Below are positions 21,718 to 33,173 of a DNA stretch of 64,000 nucleotides, in pieces. The stretch is from assembly GCA_963771465.1 (NCBI GenBank), contig CAVYTU010000015.1, positions 640,001-704,000 of the forward strand, given 5' to 3'. Made by a program: the position numbers and the translations under genes. Every line of letters begins with the position of its first letter. Within the stretch, counting starts at the first letter, position 1. The notes below the pieces were generated by a model. It was not told the origin of the DNA. It worked only from the letters and a program-made list of their open reading frames with translations, and searched no databases. This stretch comes from an uncultured delta proteobacterium. GTDB taxonomy: Bacteria; Desulfobacterota; Binatia; UBA9968.

Positions 21718-22110
21718 TCAAGCCGAGCAGTGCTTGCAGACACCGTAGAAAGCGAGCTGGTGCGACGTCACTCGGAAGCCTTCGTGGGGGAGTTTAGCCG
21801 GCGTGATCTCTCGTTGGTGATCGATCATCACATCAAAGACCCGATCGCAGCTCTCGCAGATGAAATGCTGGTGGCATCCAACCAACGGATCGAAATGCTG
21901 CGCCCGGCCGAGCATCAACACTTGTAGTTTATCATCGGCCACCAGTTTCTGCAGATTGCGGTAAACGGTGCCGAGACTGATGCGGGACGACTTTTTCCGC
22001 ACCCGATCGTAGATCTGATCGGCGGTGGGATGAGACGAGTCGTCTTTGATAGCGTGCCAGATCAGCTTGAGCTGCTTGGTGTTTCGGGATTGACCGCGCA
22101 GCTTGGACAT
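21718..22110 (-). CDS. Fur/PerR-family transcriptional repressor
   Basis: HPTADQIY, ISLGTVYRNL, HQHFICESC, GVCKHC. Confidence 0.93.
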   Translation of the reverse strand: MSKLRGQSRNTKQLKLIWHAIKDDSSHPTADQIYDRVRKKSSRISLGTVYRNLQKLVADDKLQVLMLGRAQHFDPLVGCHQHFICESCDRVFDVMIDHQREITPAKLPHEGFRVTSHQLAFYGVCKHCSA

Positions 22111-22112
22111 AA

Positions 22113-22688
22113 CTAATCCGTTAAATCTGCCGCCAGCGACTGTTGCTGGTCCGCGCTTAACACCGCGCTGGCGCGATAATTGGCGTGCTCGATCGCCATC
22201 TCGGCGCGCGCGCCGGCGATAAATTCTTTTTTCGCCTCGGCGCTGAATGGGAAGCGCACGTACTGCACCGCGCTGATCTTATCGTCTTTGCTGCGCCCTT
22301 CTTCGAATTGGCCGCGAACGGAATGGCCGCCGACTTTCAGGACAACCACCTCGTCGATGCCGAGAAACTTAAGCAGATCGTCGCGCAAGTGGGTCTGATC
22401 CTCGATCTCCAAAAACATCGTCGCGCTAAGCTCGCCCGGGTTGGGAATGAGCTCGTTATAAACCGCGATCTCCTCGCGTATCTTGTCCAGATCGGTTATC
22501 CGCTCGGCGCGCAGCATCTCTTGAATTTGGAAGATCACCGTATCGCGGTTCTCGAACACCAGTGACACCTTATCGCCCACCGCCACGCGCCGGGATTTTT
22601 TCTTGTCAATAATTTGTTGACGATACTCCTGGCGCACTTTTTCGTAGGCCGAGAAGCCGAGAATATCGTCGAGGGCAATTTTTTTCAT
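22113..22688 (-). CDS. DUF3501 family protein
   Basis: FENRDTVIFQIQEMLRAER, YNELIP, KISAVQYVRF; ATG at 22688; follows rubrerythrin. Confidence 0.88.
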   Translation of the reverse strand: MKKIALDDILGFSAYEKVRQEYRQQIIDKKKSRRVAVGDKVSLVFENRDTVIFQIQEMLRAERITDLDKIREEIAVYNELIPNPGELSATMFLEIEDQTHLRDDLLKFLGIDEVVVLKVGGHSVRGQFEEGRSKDDKISAVQYVRFPFSAEAKKEFIAGARAEMAIEHANYRASAVLSADQQQSLAADLTD

Positions 22689-22758
22689 GGATCGTCGCGA
22701 AACGGGCAGTGGCGGATGGCTCACGCCATCCACCACTGCTGAGTTAGTCAGCCATTCA

Positions 22759-23184
22759 TTAACTGCCGAGGGTATCGAGCCCCTTGGCGAATCTACCAGC
22801 ATGGGACTTCTCCGCCTTGGCGAGAGTCTCAAACCATTCGGCCAATTCGGGCAAACCTTCATCGCGCGCCGTTTTAGCAAAACCAGGATACATTTCCGTG
22901 TACTCGTAGGTCTCGCCTTCGACGGCGGACTTTAAATTCTTCGCCGTCGTGCCGATCGCCACACCGGTGCAAGGATCACCGACTTCCTTGAGAAAATCGA
23001 GATGACCGAACGCATGGCCGGTCTCGGCTTCCGAGGTATCGCGGAACAAGCCGCCGACATCCGGATAACCTTCAATATCCGCCACCCGTGCGAAATAGAG
23101 GTAACGTCGATTGGCCTGAGACTCACCCGCAAAGGCGCCCTTCAGGTTTTCATGACTCTTTGTGTTCGCTAAACTTTTTGCCAT
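22759..23184 (-). CDS. Rubrerythrin (short, no rubredoxin domain)
   Basis: [34 protein letters not shown] diiron motifs. Confidence 0.95.
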   Translation of the reverse strand: MAKSLANTKSHENLKGAFAGESQANRRYLYFARVADIEGYPDVGGLFRDTSEAETGHAFGHLDFLKEVGDPCTGVAIGTTAKNLKSAVEGETYEYTEMYPGFAKTARDEGLPELAEWFETLAKAEKSHAGRFAKGLDTLGS

Positions 23185-23200
23185 AAAGCTTCCTCCTTCA

Positions 23201-23219
23201 ATTAGTAATGATTACTAAT
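23201..23219. promoter_or_regulatory. Fur/PerR-box-like operator
   Basis: Perfect 9-1-9 inverted repeat ATTAGTAAT-G-ATTACTAAT immediately upstream of the rubrerythrin RBS. Confidence 0.75.
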
Positions 23220-23328
23220 ATGAAATGGTAAGGACCGAGTCAAGAAACCTGTCATTTTTTTTGCCGCAAGCGACCAGTACTTGGCTAGCGCCGAAGGTGC
23301 CGACCCTCTTCCCTCTCCGTAAACAAAA

Positions 23329-23355
23329 CTGGATTCCGCGTGCGCGGGAATGACG
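23329..23355. repeat. REP-like palindromic element
   Basis: CTGGATTCCGCGTGCGCGGGAATGACG, a GTCATTCCCGC...GGAATCCAG-type hairpin. Confidence 0.55.
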
Positions 23356-23519
23356 AAACTTCCATGCAGCAGCGAGAAAATGATGGATTTCAACCTATGA
23401 GACGTTGACTTCGAAAAACTCCCTGAAACTTTTCTCACCTGAAAAACGTCCATGTCTATGGACCCGTTGGACGGGCCGGAGTATTTTATACTGTAATAGA
23501 TTATTGAAGCCTCGAACTG

Positions 23520-24254
23520 GTGCGGTATTTTTACCTCGCCAAATCGCAATATAAAAAAGCCGGCGAAAGTGATTCCTGGCGAAATCTAACTGATAAATAT
23601 ATCGACGTGACTGGTTTGATGCTGCTTACTCAATTGCTCGGAATGAGCACGGCGCTTCTGCGAGCGACCCTACGCGTCGAGCTTTTGAACAGTCGGCATT
23701 ATGCGGAGCTGCAAGCGCGGCGCGTGCCGATTCTTTATGTTCTTTGGCATGGACGCATGTTTCTGCCCGTCATCGATGTCCTTCGGCATCAAGGCATCGT
23801 CACCATGGCTTCCCAGTCGCGGGACGGTAACATCATTGCTCGCTGGCTTGAGAACAACGGCTATCTGGTTACCCGGGGTTCGACGAGCCGCGGCGGCAGC
23901 GAAGCGTTGCGCCACATGGTCCGCCAAGTACGTTTGGGACATAGCGGCGCTCTGACCGTGGACGGCCCGCGAGGGCCGGCCCGAGTCGTTCAATCCGGCG
24001 TCGTACGGCTGGCGCGGCTAACCAAAGCGTGGATTCTACCGATCAGCTTTTCGAGCACATGGCCGTTGTTCCTGCGGTCCTGGGATCGCTATCTCCTGCC
24101 AAAACCTTTTTCCCGAAACGTGATTATCTATGGCGAGCCGTTCGCGGTTCCTAAAGATATGTCCGACGAAACCGCCCTCGCGAAAATCCGCGCGGCGCTC
24201 GACGAAGTCACCGCGGAGGCCGACAGAAACACCGGCACCCGCCCACCGTCATGA
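23520..24254 (+). CDS. DUF374 / lysophospholipid acyltransferase family protein (start uncertain)
   Basis: LWHGR, SQSRDG, RGSTSRGG, TVDGPRGP, SWDRYLLPKPFS. Confidence 0.88.
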   Translation: MRYFYLAKSQYKKAGESDSWRNLTDKYIDVTGLMLLTQLLGMSTALLRATLRVELLNSRHYAELQARRVPILYVLWHGRMFLPVIDVLRHQGIVTMASQSRDGNIIARWLENNGYLVTRGSTSRGGSEALRHMVRQVRLGHSGALTVDGPRGPARVVQSGVVRLARLTKAWILPISFSSTWPLFLRSWDRYLLPKPFSRNVIIYGEPFAVPKDMSDETALAKIRAALDEVTAEADRNTGTRPPS

Positions 24255-24634
24255 CAGCGATCCCGCAATGGAACCGACCTCGACCCGTTTATATTCCGAG
24301 AACTAATCCAATTTGCGCACGATACCGTCGTCGGTGAGTCCGGGGCTTTCATTTCCCGACTCTTGCTCAACCGTTTTCAAACGATCGCGTCATTTCAACG
24401 GGAAAAAGCCCGCGTCGAGCGTTGACCAAGCGACTGAAAGAAACCCGCACGCGGAACTAAGCCACGCAGCTCAGGCGCCGAGCGAGAGAACACACCGCGA
24501 AAAGGGAGTTTGTTGCAGCAAGCAAACATTCTAGCAGTACGCTACGCGCTACACGCCGCGCACCAAAAGCGGAGGTTCGTCGTTGACATAACGTTCCGTT
24601 GGCCGATACTATCCGCCATAATGGGAGGCAAGTG

Positions 24635-25834
24635 ATGAGCTATAATGGACATGTGGTGATCGACATGGATTCCCACATCCGGCAGTACTGGGATCTCGAC
24701 CGTACGTACAAAGAATACATGGCTCCGGAATACCGGGAGACGTACCTGCGATTTAGCGCAGCGGCGCACGCGCTCATGCAGCGGGCTGGCGATCGTGGCT
24801 TCTCCGAATTTCTTTGGCCGGCCCTGCCGACCCGTCCCTTAGGCGTCTATGAGGCGTACGAAGTTCAGGGGAACGGTTCGCGCTCTGAGCAAGCCGTTGC
24901 CGGCGATCGAGCCTCGACGCATGCTGGTGTCAAAATCGACCCAGCTTGCAATTGGGACCCAGCGATTCGCTTGCGCGACATGGAAACCGCCGGTGTCGAT
25001 ATCAGTGTCATCTTCCCCAGTTCGGCTGACAGCTTTTGTGCGCTGCGCGATGTCGGTTTCGAGAGCGCGTTACACCAGGCCTTTCACCGTTTCATGAGCA
25101 ACTATTGCGCTGATGCGGGTGGCCGTCTTTGGTGGATTGGCGCTGCCACCATGCGAGACATTCCGAAGACCATCGCGCAATTGGAGTACTGGACCAAGCA
25201 CGACTCCTACTTTGCAGGGCTGCAAATACCACGCACCTGCCCGGATGGCAGGATGCTCGATAATCCCGACCTCCATCCGCTCTACGCAGCCTGTCAAGAA
25301 CTCAACATGCCATTGTGGGTTCACGGCGGCGCCAACCGGCCGCCTTTTACTCCGTGGGTAGAAGCGCCCAACGGCCTCTACCACAGCATCGGTGGACAAT
25401 ATGCGCTCGCAGCACTGGTCGGCGGCGGCGTCTTCGATTTTTTCCCGAAGCTCCGGATCGGGCTATTCGAGAGTTTCGGCGGCTGGATGCCCTACTTGAT
25501 CGAAAAACTGGATGACGGCTACAAGCCACACTCGTCGCATACTCCCAAGCTGAAGCGTACGGCCTCCGAAATAATAAAAGATGGAAACCTGTTCTGCTCG
25601 GTCGAGGCTGGTGAAAAGCACATAGCGTACGCTGTCGAAACCCTGGGCGAGCACCCCTGGCTCTTTTCGACTGACTACCCGCACCACGGCAGCGCATGGC
25701 CGGATGCTGTGCCGCTCATCTGGGAAAAGGCGATGTCGGAGAGTGCCAAAATCAAGTTGCTCGGGAACAACGCCGTCAGGTTCTTGCCGCGCTTGGCCTC
25801 ATCGGTTGAGACTTGCGCGCGCTCAAAGTCGTGA
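24635..25834 (+). CDS. Amidohydrolase family (Amidohydro_2) protein
   Basis: IDMDSH, LWVHG, FPKLRIGLFE, FSTDYPH. Confidence 0.9.
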   Translation: MSYNGHVVIDMDSHIRQYWDLDRTYKEYMAPEYRETYLRFSAAAHALMQRAGDRGFSEFLWPALPTRPLGVYEAYEVQGNGSRSEQAVAGDRASTHAGVKIDPACNWDPAIRLRDMETAGVDISVIFPSSADSFCALRDVGFESALHQAFHRFMSNYCADAGGRLWWIGAATMRDIPKTIAQLEYWTKHDSYFAGLQIPRTCPDGRMLDNPDLHPLYAACQELNMPLWVHGGANRPPFTPWVEAPNGLYHSIGGQYALAALVGGGVFDFFPKLRIGLFESFGGWMPYLIEKLDDGYKPHSSHTPKLKRTASEIIKDGNLFCSVEAGEKHIAYAVETLGEHPWLFSTDYPHHGSAWPDAVPLIWEKAMSESAKIKLLGNNAVRFLPRLASSVETCARSKS

Positions 25835-25877
25835 GGCGGCCTTCTAGATAACCGCGACAAAAGATCAGGAGAATTTT

Positions 25878-26942
25878 ATGAATACTCATACAACTACCAT
25901 CGGGATATCGGCTTTAGCCGCACTGCTTTTGCTGGCGGCGCTTATACCCGACTATGGTTTCCCCCAAGCGCCGTTTTACCAGGGGAAAACCATAACGATC
26001 ATTGCCGGTACCGCGCCCGGAGGCATCGGCGACGCCCGCGCTAAGTCTCTGAATCCTTTTCTGCGCAAATACATCCCAGGAAATCCAGCCATTGTGGTCG
26101 AGTACATGGACGGCGGCGGCGGCCGGCAGGTGGGCAATCACATGGCCCGCAACGCCCGGCCGGACGGGCTCACGATCGGCGCATTCAGCAGCGGCGTAGT
26201 TTCATTGAATATCCTGCGCGAGAGCGGAGTGATGTACGATATCGATAAATTTTTCTATCTCGGCTCGCCGGAAAGCACCAGCCACCTGGTCTTCTACTCC
26301 AGAAAGGAAGCCGGCTTTAACAATTTGGAAAAACTCCGAGCCGCGTCCGGGGTCAGAATTGGCGCCCGGCCGGTCGGACACAGCGCCTATATAGCGGCGC
26401 GTTTCTTTGCCTACTATTTAGGTTTGAAAGACACCAAGTGGATCCCTGGCTACGCGGCTCCTGAACTGGACGTAGCCATGCTGCGCGGCGAAGTCGACGC
26501 CAGAGCGAACACATCCGCATCGGTGTTACAGCGCAATCCGGATTGGTTGGAAAAAGGTTTGATGGATTTCCATGTTGCCTTGGAGGTTCCCAAGGGGCTC
26601 AAATCGCCCCGCTTCGCCCACGTCCCGGAAATCGAAAGTTTCGCCAAATCCGAGAAAGAGATAAGACTCCTCGCCATGTCGCGCACTTTCAGGATGACCG
26701 GCTCGCCCTACGTTATGCCTCCGGGAACGCCGAAAGATCGGGTCGACATCATTCAGGAGGCGATGCGCAAGGCGCTTAAAGATCCAGACTTCCACCGCGA
26801 ATACCGCAAGATCGTCGGCGAGGACGCCGATCCCTTGATGCCAGAGGAATTGGCCAAAACTATTCGCGACACCCCGCGCGACCCTGAATTGATCGAGATG
26901 TTCAAAACTCTCTCAGGTCCCGCGCCGCTACCGACGCGCTAG
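25878..26942 (+). CDS. Bug/TctC-family tripartite tricarboxylate transporter substrate-binding protein
   Basis: Signal peptide, FYQGKTITII, PGG, ARPDGLT, PPGTPKDRV. Confidence 0.88.
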   Translation: MNTHTTTIGISALAALLLLAALIPDYGFPQAPFYQGKTITIIAGTAPGGIGDARAKSLNPFLRKYIPGNPAIVVEYMDGGGGRQVGNHMARNARPDGLTIGAFSSGVVSLNILRESGVMYDIDKFFYLGSPESTSHLVFYSRKEAGFNNLEKLRAASGVRIGARPVGHSAYIAARFFAYYLGLKDTKWIPGYAAPELDVAMLRGEVDARANTSASVLQRNPDWLEKGLMDFHVALEVPKGLKSPRFAHVPEIESFAKSEKEIRLLAMSRTFRMTGSPYVMPPGTPKDRVDIIQEAMRKALKDPDFHREYRKIVGEDADPLMPEELAKTIRDTPRDPELIEMFKTLSGPAPLPTR

Positions 26943-27084
26943 ACGCGCGCGTGAGGAGGCCGCGCCAGCGCACATGCGTAATGGCGGCAAGAAAAAGTAT
27001 TGGCGAAGGGAACTCTACAGTAAAGATATCTCGCAAAGTGTCACGTTGCTTTTTTTGTCGCGCTACTTCTGATATTTTTGCCGC

Positions 27085-27429
27085 ATGGAAGCTGAAACAA
27101 CCCCGGCAAAAATCTCCATCGACGATTTTCGCAAGATCGAGCTCAAAGTCGCGACGATTAAATCGGCGGAAGCCCATCCCAACGCCGATAAATTGCTTGT
27201 CCTGCAAATCGATCTCGGCGGCGAACAGCGGCAAATTTGCGCCGGCATTAGAAACAGCTACACGCCGGAAGAACTGGTCGGCAAACAGATCATCGTGGTG
27301 GCCAATCTGGAAACCGCCAAGCTGCGCGGTTTGGAAAGCCAGGGCATGCTGCTGGCGGCTTCCGACGACGACCGCGTGATCATCATGACGCCGGAAAAAT
27401 CCGTGCAAGCCGGCGCGCAAGTCAAATAA
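27085..27429 (+). CDS. tRNA-binding OB-fold protein (MetG C-terminal / Trbp111-like)
   Basis: ISIDDFRKIELKV, HPNADKLL, LRGLESQGMLLAA. Confidence 0.9.
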   Translation: MEAETTPAKISIDDFRKIELKVATIKSAEAHPNADKLLVLQIDLGGEQRQICAGIRNSYTPEELVGKQIIVVANLETAKLRGLESQGMLLAASDDDRVIIMTPEKSVQAGAQVK

Positions 27430-27462
27430 CCTTCTGTCGCGACACCCGATTGCTCGCGTTAC

Positions 27463-28597
27463 ATGACTAAGTTTCCCGAAGGCCGCCCGACACACTGCGG
27501 CATCGACCACGCCGCGCTGCGATGGAATCTCGGCCAGATCAAGAAAGCCGTCGGACCGCGGGTCAAAATCCTCTCGATGGTGAAAGCTAACGCTTACGGC
27601 CATGGCGCGGTCGAAGTCGCGCGCACGCTCGCCAAGTCCGGCAGCGATGCCTTTGGCGTGGCCACTGTTGAAGAAGGCATCGAGCTCAGGCGCGCCCGCA
27701 TCAGCCAACCGATTTTGGTTCTTGCGGGAGTTTATCTCGAACAACTCGATCAGTTTTTGCGCAATAAGTTAACGCCGGTCATCCACGAAGCGGCGACACT
27801 GCGAGGGTTGGACAAAGCGGTACGGGCGCATAAGCAGAAGCTCAAGGTCCAGCTTGAGGTCGACACCGGCATGGGGCGGATCGGCTTGCCAACCGCGGAG
27901 ATTGATTCCTGGCTGCCGACGCTTGGCCAACTCAAAGCGTTAACGATTGGATGGTATATTCTCCCATTTCTCCGACGCTGAAACCGCCAATGAAAAATAC
28001 ACGCTGGGGCAGTTGAGCGAATTCCATCAAGTGCTCGATCGTCTTAAGAGCGCGAAAATTTTTCCGGTCGCCAGCCACATGGCCAAGAGCGCCGCACTGA
28101 TCACCATGCCGGCATCCCATCTCGCGATGGTGCGTCCAGGGCTGATTCTCTACGGCATGTATCCAGCGCCCGCGATGAAAAAACAGATCGCGCTAAAACC
28201 CGTGCTGAGCTGGCGCACTCGCATCATCCAACTCAAACGCTCTCCCGCCGGAACGTCCATCGGCTACGGCCGCACCTTCGTGACTAAGAGAAATAGCCTC
28301 ATCGCAACACTCCCCGTCGGTTACGCCGACGGCTATCGGCGGCTGTTGTCGAATCGCGCCGAAGTCATCGTGCGCGGTAAACGCGCTCCAGTGGTGGGCA
28401 GAGTGAGCATGGATTTGACTACCGTCGATGTTACCGATATACGAAATGTTCAACAGGGAGATGAAGTTGTTCTCCTTGGCCGTCAAGGCGGCGCGGAAAT
28501 CAGCGCCGATGAGATGGCCGCCTGGGCAAACACAATTTCTTACGAGATCTTCACTGCCATCGGCGCTCGGGTTCCCCGCTTTCACAACAATCTTTAG
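27463..28597 (+). CDS. alr: Alanine racemase (frameshift near 27947, probable sequence error)
   Basis: [17 protein letters not shown] in the first ORF; [27 protein letters not shown] in the second. Confidence 0.93.
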
Positions 28598-28611
28598 GAG
28601 GACGACCACCA

Positions 28612-30187
28612 GTGGGCAGGATCGAAAGGGCCCTGATCAGCGTTTCTGACAAGAACGGCATCGTCGAGTTTTCCCGCGCGCTCGCGGCGCTTGGCGTCGA
28701 ACTCGTCTCCACCGGCGGCACGGCATCGTTGCTGCGCGATAATAAAATTGCCGGTCAAAGATGTTTCGGAGGTTACCGGATTTCCTGAAATGATGGATGG
28801 CCGGGTGAAAACCCTCCATCCGAAAATTCACGGCGGCATATTGGCGCTGAGAGACAATCCCGAGCATGTCGCCAAGATGAAAGAGCACGACATCAAGCCC
28901 ATCGACTTGGTGGTAGTGAATCTTTACCCGTTCGAAGCCACGGTGGCGCGCGGCGCGGCGTTCGAAGAGATCGTCGAGAACATCGACATCGGCGGACCGA
29001 GCATGGTGCGCGCCGCGGCGAAGAATCACCAGCAGGTCGGCGTGGTCGTCGATCCGGCGGATTACGATTCGATCCTTGCCGAATTGAAAGCCAATAACGG
29101 CTCGCTCCTGCCGGCGACGCACTTTCGGCTTTTTTTGAAGGCGTTTCAGCACACGTCGCACTACGACGGCGCAATCTCCAATTATTTTTCGTCCCTCGAT
29201 GACAGCAAGAAGCCACAGCGCTGGGGCCAGACGGTCAACATCCAAGTGAGCAAACTCCAAGACATGCGCTATGGCGAAAACCCGCACCAAAGCGCGGCAT
29301 TTTACGGCACCAAAGGCGACGCCGGCCCGTCGATCTCCCGCGCTAAACAGTTTCAAGGCAAAGAGTTGTCCTTCAATAACATTCTTGACGCCGATGCGGC
29401 GCTCAGCACCGTGCTCGAATTCGCTGACATCGCCACCGTTGCCATCAAGCATAACAATCCCTGCGGCGTCGCGCTGTCGGGAAAATCCCTGGCCGACTCG
29501 TTCCGCAAAGCCAAAGCCTGCGATCCGGTGTCGATCTTCGGCGGCGTCATCGCCTTCAACCGTCCGGTCGACGAAGAAACGGCCAAAGAGCTTAAAGATA
29601 TTTTTCTGGAGATCGTCATCGCGCCGAGCTTCACCCCGGAGGCGAAAGCCGTGCTGTCGTCGGCGAAACGCTTGCTCAACATCCGGCTTTTGGAATTGGA
29701 CATGAGCCAGCCACAAACCGGCGGCTACGATTTGCGCCGGGTGCGCGGCGGCATGCTGATGCAAGACTGGGATACCGGCACCGTCGACGTCCGCGCCTGC
29801 AAAGTCGTCACCGAAAGAAAACCGAGCGATGATGAATATCGCGCGCTCGACTTCGCCTGGCGCGTCTGCCGCCATGTGAAATCAAACACCATCGTGTTCG
29901 CCGCACCGGACCAAGTGCTCGGCGTCGGCGCCGGCCAGATGAGCCGCATCGATTCGACCAAGATCGCCGTCTTGCGCGCCGCTACCCACGGCCTCGATCT
30001 CAAAGGTTCGGCGGTCGCTTCCGACGCCTTCTATCCGTTCCGCGACGGTCTCGACGAAGCCGCCAACGCCGGCGCCAAATCGGTCATCCAGCCCGGCGGC
30101 TCGATCAAAGACGACGAAGTCATCGCCGCCGCCAATGAACATGGCATCGCGATGATCTTCACCGGCATGCGCCATTTCAGGCATTAG
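28612..30187 (+). CDS. purH: Bifunctional AICAR transformylase/IMP cyclohydrolase (frameshift near 28745)
   Basis: GTG start, RALISVSDK...STGGTA, then [30 protein letters not shown]. Confidence 0.95.
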
Positions 30188-30255
30188 CCGAGGATGAAAA
30201 ATAGTGGATCGAAGATTGCGATCGTCTATGGTTTATCCTCCATCTTCGACGATTT

Positions 30256-31532
30256 ATGAAAGTACTCGTCATCGGCAGCGGCGGACGCGAGCATGCGCTG
30301 GTCTGGAAAATCAGCCAGAGCCCGCGGGTGACCAAAATCTACTGCGCGCCGGGCAGCGCCGCCATCGGGGAGTTAGCCGAATGCGTCGCCATCAATCCAG
30401 AAGAGATCGTAAAGCTCGCCGAGTTTGCTGAGAAGGAACAAATCAATCTTACCGTCGTCGGTCCCGAGTTACCGCTGACCCTCGGCATCACGGATTTATT
30501 CGAATCCCGTCATCTGAGAATTTTCGGACCGAACAAAGCTGCCGCGCAGTTGGAGGGCAGCAAAGCTTTTGCCAAAGAGATTCTTGCCGCTAACAATATT
30601 CCGACGGCGTCGTTTCGTACGTTCACCGAATCAGAACCCGCCAAACAATTCATCCAGCATCAGAAAAACCCGTATGTCATAAAGGCAGACGGCCTCGCTG
30701 GGGGAAAAGGAGTGGTGATCGCACTAACGATTGAGGATGCTATAAACGTCATCGACGAAATCCTAGTTCGAAAGGTTTTTGGCAATGCCGGCGAGAAGGT
30801 CGTTGTCGAAGAATTTCTCGACGGTGAAGAAGCCTCGTTCATGGTGCTTACCGATGGCGACCATGTCCTGCCGCTAGCGACATCGCAGGATCACAAGCGT
30901 GTCTTCGATAACGACGAAGGCCCCAACACCGGCGGCATGGGCGCCTACTCGCCCGCGCCGGTGGTGACGCCCGAGGTCCATGAGCGAGTGCTCCGCGAAG
31001 TGCTTACACCGCTGCTTAATGGCTTGAAGCAGCAGAACATCCAATACCGCGGCGTGCTTTACGTCGGCTTGATGATTACCAAGGACGGACCGAAAGTCGT
31101 GGAGTTCAACGCCCGCTTCGGCGATCCCGAGTGCCAGCCGATCATGATGCGGCTAAAGAGCGATTTAATTCCACTCCTTGAAGCCACGATCGACGGGAAA
31201 TTGCACGAAGTACAAACCCGAGTGGCACGACGAACCGGCGGTCTGCGTCGTGCTTGACCGCCAACGGCTATCCCGGCGCTTACGACAAAGGAAAAGAAAT
31301 TCACGGATTGGAAAATTTGAAAAACTGGTCCGACGGCTTCGTCTTTCACGCCGGCACGGAAAAAGAGCAAGATCGTTGGCTGACCACCGGCGGCCGCGTG
31401 CTCGGCGTCACCGCGCGCGGAAAAAATATTGCGAGCGCGGTCGGGAATGTTTACGCCGCCGTCGCTAAAATCTCCTGGGACGGCATGCATTACCGCAAAG
31501 ATATTGCACAGCGCGCATTGAAACACGACTAA
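30256..31532 (+). CDS. purD: Phosphoribosylamine--glycine ligase (two frameshifts near 31215-31255)
   Basis: GSGGREHAL, GPNTGGMGAYSP, EFNARFGDPE; C-terminus GYPGAY, TTGGRVLGV, YRKDIA. Confidence 0.95.
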
Positions 31533-31606
31533 TGTGTGACTTAAATTTGTAGATTTCTCGACGGATGTCGTAGACTTCAATCATGAACGGATCGGAGGAA
31601 GTAACC

Positions 31607-32122
31607 GTGGCAGACACACAACCCAAAGTCGGCATATTAATGGGCAGTGATTCCGATCTCGACGTCATGCGCGAAGCCGAAAAGCGGCTCGACTCGTTCG
31701 GCGTCGCTTACGAAACTCACATCATGTCGGCGCATCGCACGCCGGAACGGGCCGCTGAATATGCGGCAACGGCGGCAGAGCGTGGTTTAGAAGCGCTCAT
31801 CTGCGGCGCCGGTGCGGCGGCGCATCTGGCCGGCGCCATCGCGGCCAATACGACCTTGCCGGTGATCGGTGTCCCGATTGACGCTTCGAGCTTGCAAGGC
31901 TTGGATGCATTGCTCGCCACAGTGCAAATGCCGGCGGGCATTCCGGTGGCGACCATGGCGATCGGCAAGGCCGGCGCGGCCAACGCGGGAATCTTCGCCG
32001 CGCAAATCATCGGCCGCAAGGACGCCGCGGTGGCGGCAAAATTGGTCCAGTTTAAAAAAGACCTGGCCGCCGGTGTGGAAGAGCGCGACCGCAAACTCCA
32101 GAGTGAACGAAGGAAGAGTTGA
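31607..32122 (+). CDS. purE: N5-CAIR mutase
   Basis: MGSDSD, SAHRTP, AAHLAG, VQMPAGIPVAT; GTG start after GGAGG. Confidence 0.96.
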   Translation: MADTQPKVGILMGSDSDLDVMREAEKRLDSFGVAYETHIMSAHRTPERAAEYAATAAERGLEALICGAGAAAHLAGAIAANTTLPVIGVPIDASSLQGLDALLATVQMPAGIPVATMAIGKAGAANAGIFAAQIIGRKDAAVAAKLVQFKKDLAAGVEERDRKLQSERRKS

Positions 32123-32137
32123 GCGTTAATCAATTTC

Positions 32138-32228
32138 AAAATCTCCCCTAACCCCTCTTTTGCAAAGAGGGGAAACTATCCTCATCATCAATTTCCCCCT
32201 TTGAAAAAGGGGGACCAAGGGGGATTTT
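32138..32228. repeat. REP-like double-hairpin intergenic element
   Basis: CCCCTCTTT-TGC-AAAGAGGGG and CCCCCTTT-GAA-AAAGGGGG hairpins enclosed by AAATCTCCC / GGGGGATTT. Confidence 0.65.
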
Positions 32229-32275
32229 CTTCGAAGATTTTCCAGTTATTGATTTAACACCTAACTTAAAGCGCA

Positions 32276-32890
32276 ATGGCTGATAATTTATCAGACGCCG
32301 TCAGCGCGCTTAACCGCGGCGAGGTTATCGTTTTTCCAACCGAGACGCTTTACGGTCTCGGCGCCGACGCGCTCAATTTCGACGCCGTCGAAAAAGTTTT
32401 TCAACTCAAAGGCCGCGATCCCACCAATCCCTTTCCTGTGATCGTCTCCGACCGCGCCATGTTGGATCGGGTGGTCGCGGCGACTTCTCCGCTCGCGGAA
32501 AAATTAATGGCCCATTTTTGGCCCGGTCCGCTCACCTTGGTGCTACCGGCGCGCGCCGATATCCCGCCGCGGCTTGTAAATGCTACGGGGGGCATCGGCC
32601 TGCGCATTTCCAGCCAGCCGATCGCGACGGAACTGGTCAGAACACTCGGCCGGCCGCTGACGGCGACGAGCGCGAATCCGTCGGGCCAAGCCGGCGCGCG
32701 AACCATAGCGCAGGCGAAACACTATTTTTCCGGCAAGATCAACATATTCGTCGACGGCGGCGAGTTACCCTCGATCACTGGCTCGACAGTCGCCCAAGTG
32801 ACGACAAGCAAAATCAAAATCATTCGCGCCGGCGAGATCGCCAAACGCGAACTGGAGAAAGTAGTTGGGAAAGGAAGCATCGTAACGTGA
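32276..32890 (+). CDS. tsaC: L-threonylcarbamoyladenylate synthase (TsaC/YrdC/Sua5)
   Basis: FPTETLYGLG, LKGR, WPGPLT, TSANPSG. Confidence 0.93.
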   Translation: MADNLSDAVSALNRGEVIVFPTETLYGLGADALNFDAVEKVFQLKGRDPTNPFPVIVSDRAMLDRVVAATSPLAEKLMAHFWPGPLTLVLPARADIPPRLVNATGGIGLRISSQPIATELVRTLGRPLTATSANPSGQAGARTIAQAKHYFSGKINIFVDGGELPSITGSTVAQVTTSKIKIIRAGEIAKRELEKVVGKGSIVT

Positions 32891-33105
32891 AACATTTTAA
32901 TCACTCAGCGGCGCTGCTCTTGGTCTTCACATTATTAGTTATGGGTTGTGAAGGCAAAAATGAAACCGTCGGCCAAGGCCGGGAAGCCGTTAAGGAAGTG
33001 GTTACTCAGCCGTTCAACACTCTCAACAGCGCCAAGGACTCGCTGCAAAAAAACGAAGACAAACAGAAGGCCGCGTTCGAAGAAGCCGACAAAGAAAATA
33101 AGTAA
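32887..33105 (+). CDS. Small lipoprotein
   Basis: GTG overlapping the tsaC stop; signal peptide with LVMGC lipobox. Confidence 0.65.
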   Translation: MKHFNHSAALLLVFTLLVMGCEGKNETVGQGREAVKEVVTQPFNTLNSAKDSLQKNEDKQKAAFEEADKENK

Positions 33106-33173
33106 ACCCAGCCGAGCGACGGCCATTTGGTCCGTTGACGCTTGTGCACCACTTGCACGGTCATTCACGCCCG

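Noticed and set aside
28637-29875. Long antisense ORFs (412 aa opposite purH, and similar ones opposite alr, cheA, MCPs)
   Set aside because: Shadow ORFs expected from GC-rich codon bias; no recognisable motifs
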